Shown here: piece after piece, positions 41,387 to 52,409 of the stretch
Layout of the letters: the number at the start of each line of letters is the position of its first letter
Position numbering within the stretch: position 1 is the first letter of the stretch
Source: Spirochaetia bacterium
Lineage (GTDB): Bacteria; Spirochaetota; Spirochaetia; CADAEX01
Assembly: GCA_963662795.1 (NCBI GenBank)
Contig: OY759746.1
Span: 1,952,001-2,016,000, forward strand
Direction of reading: 5' to 3'
Length of the DNA: 64,000 nucleotides
Notes under the pieces: model-generated
The model's database searches: none
Seen by the model: only the letters and a program-made list of their open reading frames with translations
What the model was told of the DNA's origin: nothing
Translations under genes and position numbers: made by a program

Positions 41387-42877
41387 ATGTTTACTATTGG
41401 TAAGGTAATATCAGTATCGGAGCTCGATAATAATAAATTTATTATTAAAAAAATAATCGAGGGAGGTATGGGTAAGGTCCTTTTATGTAAATCATTGAAT
41501 CCAATTATGCCAGATCTTGCTATCAAGTTAATAAAATCTGACATTAATCAAGAAACGATTATTCGTGAAAGTAAAATATGGACTAGTCTAGGAGTTCACC
41601 CTTATATTGCTGAAATAATATCAACAGGAAATTATGAAGGAAAATTCTTTCTAGCTACAATTGAATATCAGGGAACTCTAGATACTCTCATTGAGAAAAA
41701 ATATGATGACAAAGAATTATTTAATATCTTAATCAATATCTGTAATGCTTTAAAATATGCAAATGAAAAAATTGGACTATTACATCGAGACATTAAACCA
41801 TCTAATATATATTTAGATAAAGATAAGAATCCTAAAATAGCAGATTTTGGTTTATCTCAATATATTGAAGACAAAATTGAAATTGAAAATAAGAATAAAA
41901 TAAAACTATTAAAGAAATTAGATGAAACTTCAGTTGGTTGTACTTTACCATTTACTGCCCCAGAAGTTCTATTTCAGGGGAAATACTCAATGCAGTCTGA
42001 TATTTTTTCATTGGGAATAACTTTTTTTTACATTATTACTAATAGACAATTTCCATATATAAATGGAATAAATATTGATTTTCAATATACTGCTTCAATA
42101 CAGATTTTCATTAAAACATTTGCAAAAAAATATCCTTTGGTCGTTGGTTTTGTATTAAAAAGTATAAAAATGGATACTCAAGATAGATGGAAATCATATG
42201 ATGAGATATTTGATTATTATGGAATTAAAAAAAATAAGAATTATAAATATAATATTGAAGAGTATATTGTTAAAATACAATTACAAAGAAAACTCAAAAA
42301 ATATGATTTAGCAAGATATTATATTGAAGAAGGAATATCTATTTTTGGTAATCACCCATTACTTGTTAATCAATTAGGAATCAGTTATCTTTCGATTAAC
42401 AAAATGAAAAAAGCTATAGAAGTTTTTAGTGAATATCTGAAAAACAAAAATACATATCAAATCGCAGATATTGAAATACTATTTAATTTATTTAATATTT
42501 ACTTAAGAGATAGAAATCCGTTAATTTTTGAACTTTTTCAGATAATAGAAAAACTATTATTAAATTATAGTGAAATATTATTTACTTATTATGAAACAGG
42601 AATATATTATTTATTAAAGGGGAATGATTGCATATCCAAATCAATATTAGAATATTATAACAGTAATAAAAATCCAAATGAATATTCCTTATATGCACAT
42701 ATTTATGTATTGATAAAGAATGGTATAAAACGAGAAGAATTAGAAGAAATAAGACGATTTTCAACTAATCACGAAGTAACAAAAGTAATAGATATGTTAA
42801 TAAATAAACAAAATATACAACAAATATATTTTGAATTACAGCAGATGTTTGATTTTGGAGGTAAAAATGCTTTTTAA
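41387..42877 (+). CDS. Hanks-type Ser/Thr protein kinase with TPR-like C-terminus
   Basis: GGMGKV, AIK, HRDIKPSN, DFG, APE, DIFSLG. Confidence 0.9.
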   Translation: MFTIGKVISVSELDNNKFIIKKIIEGGMGKVLLCKSLNPIMPDLAIKLIKSDINQETIIRESKIWTSLGVHPYIAEIISTGNYEGKFFLATIEYQGTLDTLIEKKYDDKELFNILINICNALKYANEKIGLLHRDIKPSNIYLDKDKNPKIADFGLSQYIEDKIEIENKNKIKLLKKLDETSVGCTLPFTAPEVLFQGKYSMQSDIFSLGITFFYIITNRQFPYINGINIDFQYTASIQIFIKTFAKKYPLVVGFVLKSIKMDTQDRWKSYDEIFDYYGIKKNKNYKYNIEEYIVKIQLQRKLKKYDLARYYIEEGISIFGNHPLLVNQLGISYLSINKMKKAIEVFSEYLKNKNTYQIADIEILFNLFNIYLRDRNPLIFELFQIIEKLLLNYSEILFTYYETGIYYLLKGNDCISKSILEYYNSNKNPNEYSLYAHIYVLIKNGIKREELEEIRRFSTNHEVTKVIDMLINKQNIQQIYFELQQMFDFGGKNAF

Positions 42878-43502
42878 AAAAAGTGAAATTAGAAAAGAAT
42901 TTGATATGTTAAAACCAGAATTACAATTAAAATTTGCTGCAAAAATGGTATTTTCTGATTATCTGAAAGATGTTATTGAAAAGAAATTATTAGTCAAATA
43001 TAATTCATTGTTAAAAGAAAAAGAAGTTTGTGTTGATGAAGATTTTAAGGATACTGTCTATAAATATGTTTTGTGTTCATTAAAAAATCCATCTGGTGAA
43101 AGTATTAAAATACTTGGGTCTAGTGATATGCCCCTTGATGTGATCACTATATTTTCTTTATATAAGAACAATAAGCCCGGTCTTTCTAAAATGGATCAAA
43201 ATATTGTTATTGGACATGATGAAGTAGATGGAAATCTTAATACTGCCTTTATGCAACTTCATTATATTTTTTGTGATAAATATAATTTTGAAAATACAAA
43301 TAGTTTTAATGAAATAAAAAATGAGTTTACTAATATCTGCTTGCACTTATTAGGTGGTTTTATTATAGGGTTAAATCGACAAGGACCAGATTCTATTCTG
43401 AAGAATGTTTATAGAATCCTTGATAAATGTTCTCCAGCATATTCACAAACATTAAAAATATCATTTATGTTACATTCAATGATGAAATTAATTATATTAT
43501 AA
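42867..43502 (+). CDS. Hypothetical protein coupled to kinase
   Basis: GGAGG RBS, overlap with kinase stop. Confidence 0.65.
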   Translation: MLFKKSEIRKEFDMLKPELQLKFAAKMVFSDYLKDVIEKKLLVKYNSLLKEKEVCVDEDFKDTVYKYVLCSLKNPSGESIKILGSSDMPLDVITIFSLYKNNKPGLSKMDQNIVIGHDEVDGNLNTAFMQLHYIFCDKYNFENTNSFNEIKNEFTNICLHLLGGFIIGLNRQGPDSILKNVYRILDKCSPAYSQTLKISFMLHSMMKLIIL

Positions 43503-43571
43503 AAAGATTAAAAGTAGAAAATCTATTATTATTTTATGTACAGGTAGGGTAATTACCTGACAGTAAATGGA

Positions 43572-43827
43572 GTCCGGCCTTGGCTTCCAGCCGTGCGGCC
43601 TGGACAAGAAGCGGGAACACTGCTTATAACAGCGAATGGCCGGTTCCGGCTGTTTCTAAGGAAACAGCCTCCACCCAAATTGCCGAAGTAATACATGTTA
43701 AGAATAATGGAATAGAGTATAAACTTTTGGAGTAAAAAACACCATCGGCAACTTCGGTCATTCGCGAGACGTTATGCTCAATACCAGCCGCAAGAGGCAA
43801 TCGCCCGGACCTCCGGCCAACGGGCGA
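43572..43827. repeat. Junction R25 (H; gamma; G)
   Basis: TAAC 43627, GTT 43771. Confidence 0.9.
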
Positions 43828-43889
43828 GGATTTGCAAATTATTTGAATATTTACTACAGTGTTGCTTCAAAAAACAACTAGGAGAATAA

Positions 43890-44711
43890 ATGGAAAAATT
43901 ATTACTTTTTATTCCTCAGTGGCAAGATTCTGGATTAACCAGTGAGCTTTATCATGGTTCGTATGCTCTTAAAAATTATTCTGAAAAATATGGAAGATGT
44001 AAATTTAATGCAATAGAAGTTGATAGTAAAAAAGAACTTATCAAAGAAAATAATATAATAGGATATTCAATAATATTAGATCAACTAGAAAGAGTAAGAG
44101 AAACAATTAATGATAATAAACCTTTAAAAATATTTTCATTAGGTGGAGGTTGTGGAATTGAAGTTCCAATCGTTTCATATTTATATTCATTATATCCTGA
44201 TTTAACTCTATTCTGGTTTGATGCTCATGGAGATTTAAATACACCTGAAAGTTCTCCAAGTAAATATTTCCATGGAATGCCGTTGAGGTTTCTTATAGAA
44301 AAAATAAAGAATAAAATTAGTGAAAATGTAAATATAATACCCCCCGGACAAGTGCATTTGATAGGAACTAGAGATTTAGATGAGCCAGAGAAAATATTTA
44401 TCGAATCAGAGAATATAGATGTTATTGTGGTAGAAGAAGATTTTATTAGTAAGTTCATGAATTTGATAAGAAAGAATAGAAATAAAAAGGCTTATATTCA
44501 TATAGATTTAGATGTCATAGATCCAAAATATTATAAAAATGTGAAATGTCCTACAAAAAATGGTTTAAAAATATCAGAATTGATAGAAGCAATTAAATTG
44601 GCCTATAATGATATGAAAATAATAGGGTTTAGTATTGTAGAAAATACAGAAACTGATAAAGCAGAAATCAGGAAATTGGGAAAAATAATTAGACTTGGAT
44701 TAAATATTTAA
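43890..44711 (+). CDS. Arginase family protein
   Basis: WFDAHGDLNTP..FHGMP; HIDLDVIDP. Confidence 0.88.
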   Translation: MEKLLLFIPQWQDSGLTSELYHGSYALKNYSEKYGRCKFNAIEVDSKKELIKENNIIGYSIILDQLERVRETINDNKPLKIFSLGGGCGIEVPIVSYLYSLYPDLTLFWFDAHGDLNTPESSPSKYFHGMPLRFLIEKIKNKISENVNIIPPGQVHLIGTRDLDEPEKIFIESENIDVIVVEEDFISKFMNLIRKNRNKKAYIHIDLDVIDPKYYKNVKCPTKNGLKISELIEAIKLAYNDMKIIGFSIVENTETDKAEIRKLGKIIRLGLNI

Positions 44712-44755
44712 TAGCTTTATTCAAATAGAAAATTAATTTTCTAAGAAAAAAGAGA

Positions 44756-45047
44756 GTCCGGCCTTGGCGTTGCCGTGCGGCCTGGACAAGAAGCGGCTGG
44801 TACTGGAGCATAACAGCGATTATTTCGCTGCGCTCCTTGTGGTCGCTTGGGCTCCTGCCAGTTGAACTGGCAGATCGCCATATTTTGTTTTAATAAAACC
44901 AGAATGACATGTGTTTTATGTTTTTTAAGTTTGAAAAAACAAATAAATGTATTTTAGAGTTTAGCCACAAAACATCGCATAATCGCGGGACGTTATCCAC
45001 AATATCATCGCAAGAGAAAATCGCCCGGACCTCCGGCCAACGGGCGA
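44756..45047. repeat. Junction R26 (G; beta; B)
   Basis: TAAC 44811, GTT 44992. Confidence 0.9.
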
Positions 45048-45124
45048 AGAAAATAGAATCTGCTGAATAATATACGTTATACATAAGATATATAGTTTTC
45101 TTGTTATATAATATGTTCTACAGA
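45048..45124 (+). other. attI-like leader
   Basis: ..TAATAT|GTTCTACAGA is the exact complement of TCTGTAGAAC at 46519. Confidence 0.7.
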
Positions 45125-45138
45125 ATAAAGGGGATAAA

Positions 45139-46518
45139 ATGAGTTGTTATCACTGGGGCTTATCCCCAGAAAGCGATTGTAGGAAACTCACAAATGAGCT
45201 TGTTTACCGTGATAAAAATGGGCATCAGTACTGTTTAGTACATGCACCTAAATATTATGTTCAACCAAAAGGTTTCTTTTTAGGTTATATTGAAGAACAT
45301 AATGCCAATTCAATTCAATTCAAAAAAGACGATTTTGACAAACTACTAGATAAAACGATCTCAATTCAAAAAGAGCACTCTATGATTCGTTTTGATAAAG
45401 TGTATTTTCCCGATAATTTTCACTATACACTTCCTTTAGACTTAGCAAAAGGAAAGGACATCTGGTTAATAGAGTGTAGTTTTAATCTTACGATATGTAA
45501 TTCCCAAGTAAAAAGAATATCAATAACAAGATGTAAAATCGATGGTCTTACAATGCATAATCTGGAAATTGATGAGACTTTAATCCATTTCTCAAAAATT
45601 AGCAAATATTTAACTTTCAGAAATAATTCATACAATACATTTTCAATACAAGATTGTGAAGTAAATTGCAGGGTTGACTTTCGAGATAATAGTGTAAAAG
45701 ATAATTCACAGTTTAAGTGCTCAGTATACTTCAATCAATCAATATTTAATCGAACTGTTAAAATTGAGAATCTGCATTACGATAATGATTTATCAGAAGT
45801 CCGAATTTTAGATAACGAATTTAATAATAATTTATATTATCTTAATAATAAAATAGGAGACGAAATAAATTTTATTGATAATAAGTTCAATAATAGTTTT
45901 GCATATCTAGAAAATATCGACTTATCAAAGACAAAATTTGACTTACGAAATCTCGAATATTTAAGATTCAATAATTGCCGATTCCCCAAAAAATTAAAAT
46001 CAATTGAAGATGAATCTTTACAAAATGCTTACGAGATATACCAAGCACTAAAAAGAAACTCATTTGAACAAAATGATAATCAAGCTGCTTCGAAATGGCA
46101 TTATTTAGAAAAACATACCCTAAAAAAGATATATAGTAAGTCAAAGAAAATATTTAATCTAATAATTTTAACCATATATAATTTGCTTAGTGGTTATGGA
46201 GAAAAACCAGGTAAAGCTCTATTTGTTTTAGTGGTAGAAATTATTATGATTTTAGCTATTTACATTTATATAGGAAATAGAATTAGCGAAAATCTTAACT
46301 CGGATATAATTATTAGATGTATTTTTAGTCTCTCTGATGGTATTCCATTTATTAATTTTCCTATCGAATATACGCTTAAGCAACTTCTTGTGCGAAATAC
46401 AGATCTAATAGAAATCTCACATGTATATAATGTTGTAGCTGGAATAGGGAAAATATTGATTTCATTACAATTAGCGTTATTTTCTTTTGCGATAAGAAAT
46501 AAAATGAAGAGAAATTAA
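45139..46518 (+). CDS. Beta-solenoid (pentapeptide-like) protein with C-terminal TM region
   Basis: Repeating xFxN units; SGYGEKP..TM..AIRNKMKR. Confidence 0.65.
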   Translation: MSCYHWGLSPESDCRKLTNELVYRDKNGHQYCLVHAPKYYVQPKGFFLGYIEEHNANSIQFKKDDFDKLLDKTISIQKEHSMIRFDKVYFPDNFHYTLPLDLAKGKDIWLIECSFNLTICNSQVKRISITRCKIDGLTMHNLEIDETLIHFSKISKYLTFRNNSYNTFSIQDCEVNCRVDFRDNSVKDNSQFKCSVYFNQSIFNRTVKIENLHYDNDLSEVRILDNEFNNNLYYLNNKIGDEINFIDNKFNNSFAYLENIDLSKTKFDLRNLEYLRFNNCRFPKKLKSIEDESLQNAYEIYQALKRNSFEQNDNQAASKWHYLEKHTLKKIYSKSKKIFNLIILTIYNLLSGYGEKPGKALFVLVVEIIMILAIYIYIGNRISENLNSDIIIRCIFSLSDGIPFINFPIEYTLKQLLVRNTDLIEISHVYNVVAGIGKILISLQLALFSFAIRNKMKRN

Positions 46519-46521
46519 TCT

Positions 46522-46628
46522 GTAGAACGAGCAAATGTAGCAGTAAACTTTTTTGGCACACAAATATGCAGTCGCAAATTGTCCGCCAACTCTTCGGGAC
46601 AAAGTTCCAGCTGATTTGGACGTTATAA
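46522..46628. repeat. Classical attC (inner, diverged)
   Basis: GTAGAAC..CAAATGTAGC..GCTGATTTG..GTTATAA. Confidence 0.7.
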
Positions 46629-46653
46629 AAAACAAAAAATAGAAACGGGGGAA

Positions 46654-46926
46654 GTCCGGCCTTGGCGTTGCCGTGCGGCCTTGGACAAGAAGCGATGATA
46701 CTGGTGGATAACAGAGGATAATTCGCTGCGCTCGGAGTACCTCGCTTGGCCTACGGCATATTTTGCTATCATCAAACTTGAACAATAAAAGTTAAACCCT
46801 TTTTAAATTTAATAAAGTAGACATAAATGTTTTAAAGTTTGAACCGCAAAACATCGCTTATCCTCGGGACGTTATAAGCAATGTTCCCGCAAGAGAAAAT
46901 CGCCCGGACCTCCGGCCGACGGGCGA
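46654..46926. repeat. Junction R27 (B; alpha; H)
   Basis: TAAC 46709, GTT 46871. Confidence 0.9.
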
Positions 46927-47042
46927 GGATATAGAACTCAAAATATGTCTTTGAGAAAGATTTTAAAGTTAAAGCATTAGCATAAGTGAGAATAAAATTA
47001 TTTATATAAACATAAAGTTTTTAAATAATAATTCAAAAAAGC

Positions 47043-47071
47043 TTGTAAAATACGATATATAATCGTATACT
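47043..47071 (+). promoter_or_regulatory. sigma70 promoter + operator for vapBC
   Basis: TTGTAA-N17-TATACT; IR ATACGAT-N5-ATCGTAT. Confidence 0.65.
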
Positions 47072-47078
47072 ATATCTT

Positions 47079-47288
47079 ATGAAAGTAACAGCAATAATCG
47101 CCGATGAACTAATTAATGAAGTTAAATACTATTCAAATAGTACCACAACAACAGAGGCTATAACTATAGCCTTGAGAGATTGGCTTGATATTCATCATAT
47201 CAAAGAATTAAATGCGCAAATATCAAAGACCCCAATAACTTTTAATTATTCTGCACAGAAGATGAGAGAAGTAAATAGAAAATCATGA
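47079..47288 (+). CDS. vapB: VapB-like (DUF2191) antitoxin
   Basis: MKVTAIIADELI RHH-like; overlaps PIN gene. Confidence 0.75.
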   Translation: MKVTAIIADELINEVKYYSNSTTTTEAITIALRDWLDIHHIKELNAQISKTPITFNYSAQKMREVNRKS

Positions 47289-47659
47289 TAATTCTTGACA
47301 CTTCTGTTTGGATAGAGTTTTTAAAAGCAAATTCAGAATATTACACTCAAATTGCACAATTATTAGAAAAAAAGGAAGTACTTGCGGTAGAATGTGTATT
47401 TGGAGAATTATTTCAAGGTATAAAGAGTGAAAGAGAAAAATCTTTAATATCAGAATACTGGAAATACCTTCCTAAAATAGATAGTTCAGGATTATTTATA
47501 GAGGCAGGAATATATTCGAATAAAAACAAATTATTGGATAAAGGTGTGGGTCTTATTGATTCATTAATTTTAGTACATGCCTTGAAACTACAAATATCAA
47601 TATGGACTCTCGATAAAAAATTATTAAAAATAATACCAAAAGAACTTACTTATCAATAA
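47285..47659 (+). CDS. vapC: PIN-domain VapC toxin
   Basis: LDTSVWI..GEL..IDSLI..WTLDK. Confidence 0.88.
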   Translation: MIILDTSVWIEFLKANSEYYTQIAQLLEKKEVLAVECVFGELFQGIKSEREKSLISEYWKYLPKIDSSGLFIEAGIYSNKNKLLDKGVGLIDSLILVHALKLQISIWTLDKKLLKIIPKELTYQ

Positions 47660-47704
47660 TTAATTTAAAACAAATATAGTTATAAATCCAAGAAAAGAAT
47701 ATTA

Positions 47705-47994
47705 GTCCAGCCTTGGCTCCGCCGTGCGGCTTGGACAAGAAGCGGGAACACAGCTTATAACAGCGATTATTTCGCTGCGCTCCCTATGGTCGCTTGGGCT
47801 CCTGCCAGTTGAGCTGGCAGATCGCCATATTTTGTTTTCTTAAAACCGGAACAACATGTGTTTTTACTTTTCAAGATTGATAAAACCAAATAAAAATATT
47901 TTAGAGTTTCGCCACAAAACATCGAATAATCGCGGGACGTTATAAGCAATGTTCCCGCAAGATGCAATCGCCCGGACCTCCGGCCGACGGGCGA
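47705..47994. repeat. Junction R28 (H; beta; H)
   Basis: TAAC 47758, GTT 47939. Confidence 0.9.
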
Positions 47995-48045
47995 GGATAG
48001 TTTAAAGTTTAAAAATATGTCGTATAAATTGTATATTATAGAAGG

Positions 48046-48837
48046 ATGCCCTTGATTGAGAAAAGAGATATGAAAGAAGTAGTAAAACAGGTAATATATA
48101 ATTGTGTTGAAAATGAGAATGCACTTTTTAGTGGTTATAATATTTGGAAAAAGCCGTTAATATGCTTCTTAAAGACAGACAATATAGAAATCGCACAACT
48201 AAAGATTATTGTATCAAAAGACCATCTTTTACCGCAAGATATACTTGTTGATGCGAAAAGCATAATTTCTTTTTTTTTAGGCTTTAATAGTGAAATTGTA
48301 AAAAGTAATATAGGTGGTAGATTAGCATCAAAAGAATGGGCTTTTACCTATTTAAGAACAAATAACTTAATAACAAAAATTAATAATAAAATTGCAGAAG
48401 TAATGAATAAATATGGTTATAAGGCTGGGAAGATACCTGCAACAAATAATTTTAATGAAAATACATTACTCAGCAATTGGTCACATAGACACATAGCATA
48501 TATTTCCGGACTAGGAACATTCGGAATAAATAATATGTTAATAACAGAAGAGGGTTGTTGTGGTAGATTGGGAAGTGTAGTAACAAACTTTCAATTTGAG
48601 ATTTCACCAAAACAAATTAATGAAAAATGTTTGTATAAAATAAATAAGAGTTGTGGTCTTTGTATAAGTAAATGTGTTAATGATGTATATAGTACTTCTG
48701 GATTTAATAGATTTAAGTGTTACCAAATGTGTCTGGAAAATGCAGCATATTATAAAAATATAGGTAATGCAGATGTATGTGGAAAATGTTTAGTTGGGCT
48801 TCCGTGTTCAAGTAGAGACCCATCAAGAAAAAAATAA
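48046..48837 (+). CDS. Epoxyqueuosine-reductase-like 4Fe-4S protein
   Basis: WSHRHIAY..GLGTFG..GRLGSV; CGLC, CGKC. Confidence 0.75.
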   Translation: MPLIEKRDMKEVVKQVIYNCVENENALFSGYNIWKKPLICFLKTDNIEIAQLKIIVSKDHLLPQDILVDAKSIISFFLGFNSEIVKSNIGGRLASKEWAFTYLRTNNLITKINNKIAEVMNKYGYKAGKIPATNNFNENTLLSNWSHRHIAYISGLGTFGINNMLITEEGCCGRLGSVVTNFQFEISPKQINEKCLYKINKSCGLCISKCVNDVYSTSGFNRFKCYQMCLENAAYYKNIGNADVCGKCLVGLPCSSRDPSRKK

Positions 48838-48954
48838 GCAAGGAAAATACACTTAGTAATTCGTTTTAGTGATAATTATTATGGCGAGATGCTTCTAGTC
48901 GGAAATGTAGTCCAAAAAAAGCTTAAACATATTATTAAATATTAAAAAGTAGAA

Positions 48955-49239
48955 GTCCAGCCTTGGCTCCGCCGTGCGGCCTGGACAAGAAGCGGGAACA
49001 CAGCTTATAACAGCGGATGACCGGTTTCGGCTGGTGGAGAGTAAAATATAAGGGAAAAACCAGCCTTCACCCAAATTGCCTATCTTGGAAACCTTTTTGA
49101 ATGTTATAAAATATTAGTGAAGAGTTTAATCAGCTGTTGTATAATCAATTGAATAATCCGGCAACTTCGGTCATCCGCGGGACGTTATAAGCAATGTTCC
49201 CGCAAGAGGAGATCGCCCGGACCTCCGGCCGACGGGCGA
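48955..49239. repeat. Junction R29 (H; long gamma variant; H)
   Basis: TAAC 49008, GTT 49184. Confidence 0.88.
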
Positions 49240-49275
49240 GGATAACAAAACAATAAAATGTGTTATATTTAAAAT

Positions 49276-50853
49276 ATGAAACATAAAAATAGATTTGAAG
49301 AATTATCAAAATATTTATTATTTCCTCCTGGAACAAATGAAAGAAAAATACAAGAAGATTTTTTGAAAAAAACACGAACACAAGCAATAACAAAAAAAAT
49401 AAAAGAAAATTACGAAATACTGCAGGCGATGTTTTATTCTCAATTGCTTAATGGATCAGAACATATAATGAGTAAAAATCTTCGCGAGTTTCTCAATGAA
49501 GTTAACGAAAGAAATATACATCATGGTATATGGTCTATGCCTTCTTCTTTTAATATTTATGAAGCTTTTGTAGAATACATTCCTTTGATATCATATTTTC
49601 ATTTAAAGCCTGAAAAAGAATATATTCTTAACTTTGAAGACTATTTTGATTTTCTAACTGCAAATGCTGATGCTGATATGGAGGCCGTATTGCAAGAATT
49701 TAAAGAAAATGAAATATTTAGTTTGGCCAATAATACAGATTTAATTGATTTAATATTTGAAGGTGATTCTTCATATAAATATTACATTGAAGGTATTTCA
49801 ATTATAAGATATAAAAATGAATTTAATTTTTTTGCTTCTTTAGGTATTAAAGATGAACAATATAAATATGATTCTACTGAAGTAGATGAAATATTTAGTA
49901 AAAAAGATATTAAACCAGCTGAATATTTAAAATCTGAGAAAGTTTTATTAAAAAATGATTATCAAAAATCATTAGTCTTTTTTAGAATAGATTTAGAAAA
50001 TAAAACACAAGATGCTAAATATCTGATGAGAGATGAAGGAAACAAATATACAATAATAACCGATGATATATCAACTTTTAGAGAATATAACGGGAAGATT
50101 TCAAAAAAAAATTATGATTATTATAGAGAAACGAGAAAAGAAATACAAAGATTTGAAGATATATTTCAAACAATTAGATCTTTTATTTATATAAATGAAT
50201 ATTTAAACAATTTTAATGAAGACATAAAAATCAAACGTGTTGAAACAGAATTACGTAAATATTTTAAAAAGCCAATGTTTCAAAAATTATTAAAAAAAGC
50301 ACAATCTAAAGATCTAATATTTTTTAGAGAATTGTCAGTGTTGAATAATACGTATAGAAAATCAAACTCCAAATTAACAATTATTAATCCATATTTTAGA
50401 TTAGAGAGAAAAGGATATTGGAAAAGATTAGAAGCTGATAAATATGGTTTAGATAAAGACGGAAAAAGTATACAAGGGAGAACATGGGTTACAAATATTG
50501 AAACATGGACTGAAGAAATATTTAATGAAGCTCCAAAAAAAGAAGATATGAATAATCGTAAAGGGTTTATATATGTAATGAGAAATGCATCGCATGAAAA
50601 AAATATATTTAAAGTTGGTATGACTAGTCGTAATCCTTCAGTACGTTCTTGTGAGCTTTATACTACAGGATCACCAGATCAATTTTTAATAGCTCATGAT
50701 TGGTCGGTGAAGGATAGGTTTGAAGCTGAAAAATCTATTCATGATTATTTATATGATTATAGATTAAACGATAAAAGAGAATTTTTTAAGATTGAATATA
50801 AAGAGTTATTAACTGTAATCGATGGAATTATAGATAAAATCAATAGAGAATAA
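49276..50853 (+). CDS. T5orf172/GIY-YIG domain protein
   Basis: GFIYVM..FKVGMT..R..AEKSIH..REFF. Confidence 0.8.
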   Translation: MKHKNRFEELSKYLLFPPGTNERKIQEDFLKKTRTQAITKKIKENYEILQAMFYSQLLNGSEHIMSKNLREFLNEVNERNIHHGIWSMPSSFNIYEAFVEYIPLISYFHLKPEKEYILNFEDYFDFLTANADADMEAVLQEFKENEIFSLANNTDLIDLIFEGDSSYKYYIEGISIIRYKNEFNFFASLGIKDEQYKYDSTEVDEIFSKKDIKPAEYLKSEKVLLKNDYQKSLVFFRIDLENKTQDAKYLMRDEGNKYTIITDDISTFREYNGKISKKNYDYYRETRKEIQRFEDIFQTIRSFIYINEYLNNFNEDIKIKRVETELRKYFKKPMFQKLLKKAQSKDLIFFRELSVLNNTYRKSNSKLTIINPYFRLERKGYWKRLEADKYGLDKDGKSIQGRTWVTNIETWTEEIFNEAPKKEDMNNRKGFIYVMRNASHEKNIFKVGMTSRNPSVRSCELYTTGSPDQFLIAHDWSVKDRFEAEKSIHDYLYDYRLNDKREFFKIEYKELLTVIDGIIDKINRE

Positions 50854-50889
50854 ACAATTTAGATAAAATATTCAACAGATACTTAAAAA

Positions 50890-51144
50890 GTCCAGCCTTG
50901 GCTTCCAGCCGTACGGCCTGGACAAGAAGCGGGAACACTGCTTATAACAGCGAATGGCCGGTTCCGGCTGTTTCTAAGGAAGCAGCCTCCACCCAAATTG
51001 CCGAAATAATAAATGTTAAGAATAATGGAATAGAGTATAAACTTTTAAAGTGAAAAACACCATCGGCAACTTCGGTCATTCGCGGGACGTTCTCCGAAAT
51101 ACCGCCCCAAGAGGAGACCGCCCGGACCTCCGGCCCACGGGCGA
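50890..51144. repeat. Junction R30 (H; gamma; J)
   Basis: TAAC 50945, GTTC 51089. Confidence 0.9.
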
Positions 51145-51362
51145 GGAAATATAGTCAAAGAAATAATATTTGAGATTTTCCCTATAACATATTCTGAGCA
51201 ACCAAAAGATTGTATGTCGAGAATAATTATTTAAATTTAAAAAAGTTAATAAAAAAAGATCGAATACTAAATATTCTAAGGTTTTTGTCGTGTGATATTA
51301 TTCCGAAAGGAATGTTTTATAAGTGTTTTTAAAATGTAATATTGCGTCTTATAAAAAATATC

Positions 51363-51405
51363 TTGCATATTACTTATTTAGAGTGTATACTGTGAAGTGT
51401 ATACT
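51363..51405 (+). promoter_or_regulatory. sigma70 promoter + tandem operator boxes for phd-vapC
   Basis: TTGCAT-N17-TATACT; AGTGTATACT x2. Confidence 0.65.
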
Positions 51406-51420
51406 AAAAGAGGTTGAATT

Positions 51421-51666
51421 ATGGAAATAAGTACAAAAGAACTCAGGATAAAGCCTGGTAGAATTATAGAAAAAGTCTCAAATGGACAGGAAGTTGTAGT
51501 AACATTCAGAGGAAAAGCATTAGCTAGAATAGTTCCTATGTCTATTCATAATAAAAGTATTAACGAGAAAGAAAATGAAGAGCTTTTTGGATTATGGAAA
51601 GACCATGAAGATATTGAAAATGTCGAAAACTATGTAAGAAAGATGAGAAAAGGAAGAGAGTTTTGA
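51421..51666 (+). CDS. Phd/YefM antitoxin
   Basis: ISTKELR..GQEVVVTFRGKALARIVP. Confidence 0.85.
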   Translation: MEISTKELRIKPGRIIEKVSNGQEVVVTFRGKALARIVPMSIHNKSINEKENEELFGLWKDHEDIENVENYVRKMRKGREF

Positions 51667-52040
51667 TAATCGATACAGATGTAATAATATGGTTTTTAAG
51701 AGGAAATGAAAAAGCCAAGGAAGTAGTATATAAAAATATCCCATTTAAAATATCAGTAATAACCTATATGGAAATTGTGCAGGGAATGAAAGATAAAAAA
51801 GAATTATTGGTTTTTCAGAAGCAGTTGAGAAAATGGGATGTGGAAATAATACAAATTGATACAGAAATATCGTCAAGGGCGATGTTTTTTGTAGAAGATT
51901 ATTTTTTAAGTCATTCAATGGAATTATCAGATGCATTAATTGCAGGGACAGGAATACAGACAAAAGATAAAGTATTAACAGCAAATGATAAGCATTATAA
52001 ATTTATTCCCAACATTCAGCTGGAAAAGTTTAAACCTTAG
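51663..52040 (+). CDS. vapC: PIN-domain VapC toxin
   Basis: IDTDVII..MEIVQG..DALIA..TANDKHY. Confidence 0.88.
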   Translation: MIIDTDVIIWFLRGNEKAKEVVYKNIPFKISVITYMEIVQGMKDKKELLVFQKQLRKWDVEIIQIDTEISSRAMFFVEDYFLSHSMELSDALIAGTGIQTKDKVLTANDKHYKFIPNIQLEKFKP

Positions 52041-52044
52041 AAAA

Positions 52045-52311
52045 GCCCAAGCCTTGGCGGTGCCGTGCGGCTTGGAAGAAGGGGCGGTACTTCCGAGAAC
52101 AGAGGATAATGCGCTGCGCTCGGAATACCTCGCTTGGGCTTCGCCACACATCGCAGGTTTCGAACTACAACTTCCATTAACAACCAGGTTTTTGAAGAGA
52201 AATACTACAGCTTTAAAATAATAATAATATTCCAACGATGCGTCGCTTATCCTCGGGACGTTAGCAGCAATGCCCCCGCCAGGAGAGAGCTGCGTGCCGT
52301 CCTGGCACGCA
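52045..52311. repeat. Junction R31 (J; alpha; C)
   Basis: GAAC 52097, GTT 52260. Confidence 0.88.
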
Positions 52312-52409
52312 AAGAAAAAGGTAAGTGTTTGATATTTCTTAAAAGTGTGAATATGTAAAAATCTTACTTTCTGAAAAAAGGTTTAAAATCAGTATTTCAT
52401 AAATCCAAA

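Noticed and set aside
51180-51320. Possible eroded attC upstream of phd-vapC
   Set aside because: CTATAAC is present but there are no convincing L boxes or family similarity.
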